Shown here piece after piece: positions 17,576-24,659 of a stretch of DNA of 29,109 nt; position 1 is the stretch's first letter; each line of letters begins with the position of its first letter. Both the position numbers and the translations under genes were made by a program. The notes beneath the pieces are model-generated. The model did no database searches, was not told the origin of the DNA, and saw nothing but the letters and a program-made list of their open reading frames with translations. The stretch is from Candidatus Omnitrophota bacterium (lineage in GTDB: Bacteria; Omnitrophota; Gorgyraeia; Duberdicusellales; 4484-171), in assembly GCA_041678705.1 (NCBI GenBank), contig JBAYNQ010000001.1, positions 1-29,109 on the forward strand, read 5' to 3'.

Positions 17576-19438
17576 ATGGACAAAAAAGAAACAAAATTAA
17601 TCATAAGCAGCAGCCAGCCGTTTAATAAATTAGGCTGGCGTCAATTGCATAAGCTTATTAAAATAGGCGAGATTAAAGAATACAAAAATAGTGAGGTTAT
17701 TTATAATGAGAATAGCCCTCCGGATTTTGTATATTTTCTTTTAAGAGGCAGGGTTGCTGTGTCTTCCTGCATCAACGAAAAAGATTCTCAAATAGAAATT
17801 CTTAAGCGGGGGGTTTGCTTCGGTATAATTTCTTTTCTTACCGAAGAAAACCATTCTGTTACCGCAAGGTCCATAGAGACTTCTTATGTGATGCTTTTAG
17901 AAAAAGAGGCGTTCAGAGAATTCTTGGAAAAAAACCCTTCCTTGTCTTTGGATTTTTCATGCCTTCTTTCTCAAAGAGTTAAATCCCGCTATCGTCCCAA
18001 AAGAATATTCCAATCAAAAAAGATAGCCATTAGTGGCATACAGGGGGTAGGTAAAACTACCTACATGTTTGATTTAAGCCGTAAAGTCAAAAATCAGACA
18101 GGTAAAAACATTGTTGCCGTGCGTATCCTTGCCCAAGGAGAAGAATTTCCTCAAGATAGAAGGTTGTCCCAGTCTCAACGGCAGCTTTTATCTTTAAGAG
18201 ATTTTAGAGAAGATACCTGTCTTAAGTATGTCATCAAAGGTGAAGTTGACAGCCTTTGCCTTGAGGCCGGCATGCATGATAACTTTCATTCTCTTATAAA
18301 CTTTCTTTCGGAAAATTATCATTTTGTTTTTTATGAAATACCGATTGAGTTCTTATTGGAGCATGATTCTGGAATTGTGGGGTTTGCTCATCAATTACAT
18401 CTTCTGGCGTTCCCCAGTATTGAAAGCCTGAAACAGGCAAATAGATTGATAAAAGAGCAGATATCTCGTAAGTTTCTTACTTTTGAAAAGACCAAGGTTT
18501 TAATACGTGAATCAAAAGACAGCAATATCGAATTTACGCATAAAAGAAAACTTTTAGGCCATCCGATTTACGCAACCATTCCGGCCTTAGAAAGCCCGGA
18601 TTACGATAAAGCTTTGCGCAGGATCGCCCGGGAAATCGGGGAGGTGACACTGGGCTTGGCTTTAGGCAGCGGCGCGGCTTATGGGTTTGCTCACATTGGC
18701 GTATTAAAAGTTTTGGAGGAGGAAGGTATCCTCGTAGACGTTATTTGCGGTTCCAGCATGGGCGCTATAATCGGAGCTTTTTGGGCCGCAGGGTTTTCTA
18801 TGGCTGATATAATAAGTTTTTCCAAAGAGGTGGGAAGAAAGATAAGCAAGTTTTCTATTTTTGGATTTTCTTTACCCTACAGAGGGATTATGAAAGCCAG
18901 GCGGCTTGAGAATATTTTCAAAAGTATTTTTAGAGATTTAACTTTTTATGATCTGAAGCATACTTTGAAAATAGTTACTTTTGATTTTCGAAAAAGAAAA
19001 ACCATTATCTTAGAGGAGGGGTTTCTCTATAAAGCAGTAGCAGCCAGTTGTGCTTTTCCGGGAATATTTGAACCGATAAGCTGGAAAAAAGATATCTTTC
19101 TGGACGGAGGAATATTAAACCCTCTTCCCACAGGCGTGTTTTTGAATTATCATATCCATAAGATAATAGCATCCAATATTACCCCCCTAGAAGGCCAGGC
19201 GGTTGACTCGCGAGATGGCCAGGATAAATTTCATATTTTTGATTTTATTTTCGGTAGTATTGAAACTATGCAGCAGCAGTTTGTCCAGCAGGCTTCAAAA
19301 ATTGCCGATGTGGTTATCAGCCCGGATTTAAGGGGCCTAGGATGGACTGAGTTCAATAAAGTGGAAGAATTCATCAAAAGAGGCCAAGAAGCCGCCCGTA
19401 AAAAAATCGGGGAAATCAAGAAATTGGCAGCTTGTTAA
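17576..19438 (+). CDS. cNMP-binding-like domain + P-loop domain + patatin-like phospholipase fusion (NTE/RssA-like)
   Basis: N-terminal CAP/cNMP fold (VIYNENSPPDFVYFLLRGRVAV...FG), central GIQGVGKTT Walker A-like motif, C-terminal LGSGAAYG, GSSMG (GxSxG) and DGG. Confidence 0.85.
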   Translation: MDKKETKLIISSSQPFNKLGWRQLHKLIKIGEIKEYKNSEVIYNENSPPDFVYFLLRGRVAVSSCINEKDSQIEILKRGVCFGIISFLTEENHSVTARSIETSYVMLLEKEAFREFLEKNPSLSLDFSCLLSQRVKSRYRPKRIFQSKKIAISGIQGVGKTTYMFDLSRKVKNQTGKNIVAVRILAQGEEFPQDRRLSQSQRQLLSLRDFREDTCLKYVIKGEVDSLCLEAGMHDNFHSLINFLSENYHFVFYEIPIEFLLEHDSGIVGFAHQLHLLAFPSIESLKQANRLIKEQISRKFLTFEKTKVLIRESKDSNIEFTHKRKLLGHPIYATIPALESPDYDKALRRIAREIGEVTLGLALGSGAAYGFAHIGVLKVLEEEGILVDVICGSSMGAIIGAFWAAGFSMADIISFSKEVGRKISKFSIFGFSLPYRGIMKARRLENIFKSIFRDLTFYDLKHTLKIVTFDFRKRKTIILEEGFLYKAVAASCAFPGIFEPISWKKDIFLDGGILNPLPTGVFLNYHIHKIIASNITPLEGQAVDSRDGQDKFHIFDFIFGSIETMQQQFVQQASKIADVVISPDLRGLGWTEFNKVEEFIKRGQEAARKKIGEIKKLAAC

Positions 19439-19457
19439 TTTGGAAAGGAGCGTAATC

Positions 19458-20174
19458 GTGAAAATCTATTTTTCTAAAACATTTTTTACCGTAACTATAT
19501 TTTTAATAATCATAGCTCTTAAAACCGGCGTTTTTGCTTCCGGGATAGAAGAAAGATTTAAAGGCCAAGAGCATCTTTCTTACAGCATTTCTTTTAACGG
19601 GATACCTTCAGGTAATATCAACTGGGAGTATTTAGGAAAAGAAACTTTATCCGGGCATCAGGCAGATGTCCTGACGGTTAGCTCAGATACTAAAATACTG
19701 GAACTGCTTAATTTAACAAGCAAAGAAACAGTTTTTCTTGACAGCCAAACTCATTTGCCTTTGAAGGTAGAAAGGAGCGTTGTTCTTTTTGGGAAAAAAG
19801 AAAGTATCAGTGAAATTTACGATCAGGATAAAGGTACCGTCAGGATAACGAGAAGAAACTCAGAAGTTAAAGAGGATATTTTACAACAGGACAAGCCAAT
19901 ACAAAATATTTTATCTTTACTTTATTTTTTCCCTCAAGACCAGCCGCTAAAGAAAGGGGCATGGATGGTATTCAATTTGCCTACTCAGGTAATAAAAATA
20001 AAATTTGTTAAGGAGAGGTTGCTGGATACTGATTCAAAAAAAGAAGAAACGTATTTTCTTATCGGCCGTGGCGCTAAAAGATTCAGTCTCTGGCTGGATA
20101 AGAAAACGCGCCTGCCACTGCGCCTTGAATTTATTTTGCCGGTTGGCAAAGTAAGCATTAAGAGAATCAATTGA
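19458..20174 (+). CDS. Exported beta-rich protein, DUF3108-like
   Basis: SD AAGGAG (19445-19450) 7 nt before GTG 19458; signal-peptide-like N-terminus; E.LSYSISFNGIPSG and beta-strand-rich body resemble DUF3108 proteins (family call uncertain). Confidence 0.55.
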   Translation: MKIYFSKTFFTVTIFLIIIALKTGVFASGIEERFKGQEHLSYSISFNGIPSGNINWEYLGKETLSGHQADVLTVSSDTKILELLNLTSKETVFLDSQTHLPLKVERSVVLFGKKESISEIYDQDKGTVRITRRNSEVKEDILQQDKPIQNILSLLYFFPQDQPLKKGAWMVFNLPTQVIKIKFVKERLLDTDSKKEETYFLIGRGAKRFSLWLDKKTRLPLRLEFILPVGKVSIKRIN

Positions 20175-20293
20175 AACCAAATTATTTTACCGTCTCGCTT
20201 TTGCTTGGTATTCTGAGCTCAACGAAACGCTCTGTTTTCGAAAATATTAATATTACAGGAGCAGAGTAATAAAAAGCGTATACTCGAAGGATC

Positions 20294-20875
20294 CTAATAC
20301 TTTATGAGTGTCCAGTGAGTTCTTGTACTGATAGGATATGTAAAGTTTCCTTTGTCCTTGCCGTCGTTTCCGTCAATAATCTTGTCAAATAATTCTATAG
20401 AAGCCTGAGGCGGCAGGCAATTGAGAGTGGTGGGAGAGTCACAGCACTCCGGTAACATATAATATTCTATATCTTTAGTTGGCGCGTCATATCTTTCTAT
20501 GCGGTTTATTCCTCCCCAGGCATTTTTGCCACTGAACCTTTCTATATAAGGCCCATCCCATCCTGTCCAACCAGAGTCATCATTAACTAAGTTATCCGGC
20601 TTAACTAAGCCTGGCCCGAAACTATGCCAGGGGTCATTGGCACATGGTAAAATAACAATACTTCCAGGACCGGGGTCGTCGCCAACCCAGTGTGTTGTGT
20701 CCGCGTACAAGCTTTCTATAGCCGTTTTTATAGCTTTCATAGTGGCTATCTGTTGGCTAACTTTAGCCTTTTCAATAGCCTTGAAAGCATTAGGGGCTAT
20801 AATAGCTGCCAGGATTGCAATGATGGCGATGACGACAATCAGTTCAATTAAAGTAAAGGATTTACTGTTTACCAT
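20294..20875 (-). CDS. Prepilin-type N-terminal cleavage/methylation protein, GspG-like
   Basis: KS|FTLIELIVVIAIIAILAAIIAP class III signal, amphipathic helix, WDGPYI...NAWG resembling the GspG W.GPY...DPWG motif. Confidence 0.85.
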   Translation of the reverse strand: MVNSKSFTLIELIVVIAIIAILAAIIAPNAFKAIEKAKVSQQIATMKAIKTAIESLYADTTHWVGDDPGPGSIVILPCANDPWHSFGPGLVKPDNLVNDDSGWTGWDGPYIERFSGKNAWGGINRIERYDAPTKDIEYYMLPECCDSPTTLNCLPPQASIELFDKIIDGNDGKDKGNFTYPISTRTHWTLIKY

Positions 20876-20881
20876 TTTTAA

Positions 20882-20890
20882 ATTATATCA
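20882..20890 (-). promoter_or_regulatory. Extended -10 promoter, probably leaderless, for the pilin-like gene
   Basis: Minus strand TG-A-TATAAT exactly 6 nt before ATG; no SD. Confidence 0.6.
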
Positions 20891-20915
20891 CGTCAGGAGG
20901 CAGGGTGTTAGTTTG

Positions 20916-21677
20916 TTAATTGATTATTTTTGTGGCAAATACGAGCCAGCCGGTGTGTGAGGGCATGCGTTGTTCGGGCCGGGTTTTACCGCGCCTGACT
21001 AAAATATTTCTTACAAATATTTCCATTGATTCAATATTGATAAAGCCTTTCTCTTCGAGATTAAAAACAGTTTTGGTTAGTTGCTCAAAGTTCGGGCAAA
21101 TTGTGGCTAATCTCGCCCCGCCTTTTAAGGATTTATAAGCGGCTTCGATTAATTCCCATTGGCTTCCTATATCAATCATTACAAAATCAACACACTTTTG
21201 GGGAAATTCGTCGAAAATCTCGCAGTGGTTAAATTCAACCCAATCGTTTAATCCGTTTTTTTTAAGATTTTTCTCAGCGTTTTTTAAAAATTCTTCATTG
21301 CGCTCGTAGCTGTAAACTTTTCCGCTAGGCCTTACGAAATTAGCCAGGGCCGTAGTCAGCGCCCCGCTGCCTATCCCGCACTCAATAACTTTTGCTCCGG
21401 GGAATATGCAGGCTCTGGTAAGGATCATCCCTATATCTTTGGGGTAAAGTATCTGGGTTTTTCTTCTGACTTTCATTATCATTTCGTAGAGATAGGGGCG
21501 CAGTATATAAAATGCTGCGCCGAGGTTTGTCTCTACTTTTTCGCCAAATCGTTTCCCGATAAGGCTCTCTAAGTCAAGGTAGCCTTTATCGGTATGCAGC
21601 CTTTTTTTCTCGGGCTTAAGAAGAAAGTTTCTTCGCTCATCGCCATAGAGGAATATGAGGTCATTTTCTTTTACCAT
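20916..21677 (-). CDS. trmI: tRNA (adenine-N1)-methyltransferase, TrmI/GCD14 family
   Basis: LHTDKG N-domain, RKTQILYPKDIG, VIECGIGSGALT, VYSYE, RPEQRMPSHTGWLVFATK. Confidence 0.88.
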   Translation of the reverse strand: MVKENDLIFLYGDERRNFLLKPEKKRLHTDKGYLDLESLIGKRFGEKVETNLGAAFYILRPYLYEMIMKVRRKTQILYPKDIGMILTRACIFPGAKVIECGIGSGALTTALANFVRPSGKVYSYERNEEFLKNAEKNLKKNGLNDWVEFNHCEIFDEFPQKCVDFVMIDIGSQWELIEAAYKSLKGGARLATICPNFEQLTKTVFNLEEKGFINIESMEIFVRNILVRRGKTRPEQRMPSHTGWLVFATKIIN

Positions 21678-21685
21678 AGGTTACT

Positions 21686-21714
21686 ATGATACAGTCTGAG
21701 GGTTATTTTTACAA
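21686..21714 (-). promoter_or_regulatory. Putative promoter for trmI (near-leaderless)
   Basis: Minus strand TTGTAA (21714-21709), 17 nt, TATCAT (21691-21686), 8 nt before ATG; no SD. Confidence 0.55.
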
Positions 21715-21781
21715 TAAAAAATATTCCATATTTTCAGGCTTCTTAAAGCTTCTTATTCGGGATCGCGAATTTAGAAATAGC

Positions 21782-21810
21782 TTGCAAATAAAGGGTTTTT
21801 GTATTAAACT
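21782..21810 (+). promoter_or_regulatory. Putative promoter for the apgM-cstA-lysC-cimA operon
   Basis: TTGCAA (21782-21787), 17 nt, TAAACT (21805-21810). Confidence 0.55.
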
Positions 21811-21847
21811 CTCTTGTAACACGAGTTTCTGAGGATGTTTAAAGAAA

Positions 21848-21866
21848 CGTGGATATACGTGGATTA
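21848..21866 (+). repeat. Solo left arm of the 10-nt-period element
   Basis: CGTGGAT-ATA-CGTGGAT-TA, 15/19 identical to CACGGAT-ATA-CAGGGAT-TA at 6767-6785. Confidence 0.5.
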
Positions 21867-21894
21867 GTACGATATAGTGCATAGAGGTGAGAAA

Positions 21895-23088
21895 ATGAAA
21901 TATATAGTAATCGTGCCTGATGGAGCTGCAGATTATCCCATTGATATCCTGGGGGGTAAAACTCCCTTGCAGGCGGCAGATACTCCCTGCATTGATTCAT
22001 TAGCCAAGAAGGGAATTTTGGGAAGAGTAAAGACTGTTCCCAAGGGATTTACCCCTTCCAGTGATGTAGCTAACCTTGCTTTGCTTGGGTATGACCCTGA
22101 AAAGTATTATACCGGCAGAGGCCCGCTGGAAGCTGCCAATCTTGGCATTGAGTTGGGGGAGAACGATTTAGCTTTTAGGTGCAATCTTATTACAGAATCC
22201 GAAGGTAAGCTTCTTGATTATAGTGCCGGCCACATAACAGATAAAGAAGCAATAATTCTTATTGAGTTTTTAAATAAAAAACTTGCCAGCGACAATATTA
22301 AATTTCATTTCGGAACCAGCTATCGTAACCTAATGGTTTTTGAGAATTCCCGAAACCTGAATTTTGAAAAAATGAAATTTTACGCTCCCCATGACATTAT
22401 GAACCAAGATATATCAAAGCATTTGCCTCGCGGCAAAAATAGCGAAATTGTCATTGACTTAATGAATAAATCGCGCGGAATTTTGAACGGGCACGAAATC
22501 AATAAAGTCAGGATAGATTTAGGTGAGGGGCCGGCTAATATGATTTGGTTATGGGGTTGTGGCCCAAAGCCTCAGCTGCCTTCTTTTCAGAGCCAATTCG
22601 GAGTAAGAGGGGCGGTTATCTCGGCAGTCGATCTTATAAAAGGCATAGGAAGGATTATCGGTTTGGAAGTGCTTAAAATTGAAGGTGCCAACGGCTATTA
22701 TGATACTAACTATTTGGGCAAGGCCAAGGGAGCGTTGGAAGCCTTGGAGACTAATGATTTTGTTTTTGTGCACATTGAAGCTACGGATGAAGCCGGCCAC
22801 AATCAGGACTTGCGTATGAAAATAGCCTGTCTTGAGAGGATAGATAAGTTTGTTGTAACTACGATAGTCGAGTCTCTTAAGGGGCAGGACTATCGTATTT
22901 TAATCGTTCCTGATCATCCCACCCCGGTTGAAAAAAGGACTCATACAAACGAGCCCGTACCATTTCTTATTTCCGGGAAAGGCATTGACTGCGGGGGATT
23001 TTCTTCTTATTCAGAGATTGATGCTCAAGGCAGCTCGCTTTATTTTAACAAAGGTGTTGATTTGTTGAAATATTTTTTTGCTGAATAA
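21895..23088 (+). CDS. apgM: Cofactor-independent phosphoglycerate mutase, archaeal-type (ApgM / proposed homoserine kinase family)
   Basis: MKYIVIVPDGAAD, TPLQAADTP, PSSDVANL, YYTGRGPLEAA, HIEATDEAGH, PDHPTP, THTNEPVPF; SD GAGGTGA before ATG 21895. Confidence 0.85.
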   Translation: MKYIVIVPDGAADYPIDILGGKTPLQAADTPCIDSLAKKGILGRVKTVPKGFTPSSDVANLALLGYDPEKYYTGRGPLEAANLGIELGENDLAFRCNLITESEGKLLDYSAGHITDKEAIILIEFLNKKLASDNIKFHFGTSYRNLMVFENSRNLNFEKMKFYAPHDIMNQDISKHLPRGKNSEIVIDLMNKSRGILNGHEINKVRIDLGEGPANMIWLWGCGPKPQLPSFQSQFGVRGAVISAVDLIKGIGRIIGLEVLKIEGANGYYDTNYLGKAKGALEALETNDFVFVHIEATDEAGHNQDLRMKIACLERIDKFVVTTIVESLKGQDYRILIVPDHPTPVEKRTHTNEPVPFLISGKGIDCGGFSSYSEIDAQGSSLYFNKGVDLLKYFFAE

Positions 23089-24659
23089 TGAGTGCTATAC
23101 TTTTTATCTTTATTTTGTTATGCCTTGGTGCCGGTTATATTTTTTATGGCGGCTACATAACAAAAGTATTCGGGATTAACGCGGATAGAAAAACTCCAGC
23201 TCATTCTAAATATGACGGGATTGATTATGTTCCCGCCAAGAACTGGCTTGTAATCTTCGGCCATCATTTTGCTTCTATAGCCGGGGCAGGTCCGATCATA
23301 GGAACTGTCTTAGCTTATTTATGGTGGGGTTGGCTGGGAGCCTTAATCTGGATAGTCCTGGGGACTATTTTTATGGGCGCGGTCCATGATTTTGCTTCTG
23401 TTTTTATTTCTGTAAGGGAGCACGGCGCAAGTATCGGCCAGATAGCCCAGAAATATGTTTCTAAGCGGGCCAGTATTTTTTTTCTGGTATTTTTATGGTT
23501 TTCTTTAATTATTGTTATTGCGGTTTTTGCCGCTATTTGCGCTAAAAGTTTTATCTCTCAGCCTAAAGTGGTGGTTTCATCTTTAGGCCTTATACCGGTA
23601 GCGGTATTTTTGGGGGTTCTGCTTTACAGAATAAAGCTTAACACTTTTTTGTCTACAGTTATAGGGCTTTTGTTTCTTGTTTTTCTTCTTCTTTTGGGAG
23701 AATATTTTCCACTAACTCTTCCAGGGGCTAATCCTTATGCGATCTGGATTATTGTTCTTTTGATATATGCTTTTTTTGCTTCGGTAATTCCGGTAAACAT
23801 GCTTCTTCAGCCCAGGGATTATCTTTCCAGCTTTCTGCTTTTTTTTGGTATTGGAGCGGCTGCTTTTGGAATTATTTCCCGCCCTTTACCTATAGAAGGG
23901 GCCAAGCTTTTTAGTTTTAATTCCCCGGGAGGGTTTATGTTCCCGATTATGTTCATAACTGTTGCCTGCGGAGCAATATCGGGTTTTCATTCTTTAGTCG
24001 CCAGCGGAACTACTTCCAAGCAGATATCCAGCGAAAAAGACATAAAACGTATTGGTTATGGCAGCATGGTTTTAGAAGCAGTTTTAGCGGTAATCGTTTT
24101 ATTCTCGGTTGCCTTTGGCTTAAAGAGTATACCCCAGGGAGTAAGCGAACCAGCGGAAATATTTTCTTTAGGATTTTCTTCCGTCAGTTATTTTCTGGGT
24201 GATCAAGGATCTTTTATAGCCCTGGTTATTTTGAATGCTTTTATTTTAACAACACTTGACACGGCCACTCGGATAACACGGTTTTTAACTCATGAGCTGT
24301 TTGGACTGAATAATAAATGGTTGGCTACGGGGATAGTGATTTTTTTCGCCGGCTATCTGGCGCTAATGGATAAATGGCAGCTTCTTTGGCCGATATTCGG
24401 GGCTTCGAATCAACTTGTTGCTGCGGGAGCTCTTGTCGTTGCCAGCGGCTGGTTAAGGGCTAAAGGCAAAAATTACAAAATCACCTTTATCCCCGCGGTT
24501 ATAATGATGTTTCTTAGCATTTTTGCCCTGGGGTTTAAAATGTGCGGTTTCTTTCTTGGAAGGGATTATGTTCTTACGGGTATTTCAGCTTTGCTGATCG
24601 TGCTTAGCATTCTGGGAGTTTATGAATTCAAGAGGATGATAAAATGCAGGATAAATTAA
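23088..24659 (+). CDS. cstA: Carbon starvation protein A family transporter
   Basis: TPAHSKYDGIDYVPA, FGHHFASIAGAGPIIG, GAVHDF, QPRDYL, ITVACGAISGFHSLVASGTTSKQ, TTLDTATR, LWPIFGASNQL. Confidence 0.92.
   Translation: MSAILFIFILLCLGAGYIFYGGYITKVFGINADRKTPAHSKYDGIDYVPAKNWLVIFGHHFASIAGAGPIIGTVLAYLWWGWLGALIWIVLGTIFMGAVHDFASVFISVREHGASIGQIAQKYVSKRASIFFLVFLWFSLIIVIAVFAAICAKSFISQPKVVVSSLGLIPVAVFLGVLLYRIKLNTFLSTVIGLLFLVFLLLLGEYFPLTLPGANPYAIWIIVLLIYAFFASVIPVNMLLQPRDYLSSFLLFFGIGAAAFGIISRPLPIEGAKLFSFNSPGGFMFPIMFITVACGAISGFHSLVASGTTSKQISSEKDIKRIGYGSMVLEAVLAVIVLFSVAFGLKSIPQGVSEPAEIFSLGFSSVSYFLGDQGSFIALVILNAFILTTLDTATRITRFLTHELFGLNNKWLATGIVIFFAGYLALMDKWQLLWPIFGASNQLVAAGALVVASGWLRAKGKNYKITFIPAVIMMFLSIFALGFKMCGFFLGRDYVLTGISALLIVLSILGVYEFKRMIKCRIN

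Noticed and set aside
17576-19438. Patatin/cNMP protein as a CBASS or Pycsar anti-phage effector
   Set aside because: No cyclase (CD-NTase/PycC) or other defence gene nearby, and the context is metabolic. Kept only as an architecture finding.
20243-20254. Perfect palindrome AATATTAATATT in the convergent spacer
   Set aside because: A/T-only 12-mer, expected by chance in an AT-rich spacer; at most part of a weak terminator.
20637-20960. 107-aa plus-strand ORF antisense to the pilin gene
   Set aside because: Shadow of the hydrophobic pilin codons; no SD and no family resemblance.
21738-21777. GCTTCTTA direct repeat and ATTCG/CGAAT hairpin between divergent promoters
   Set aside because: Too short and single-copy to distinguish from chance; could be an operator but is unsupported.
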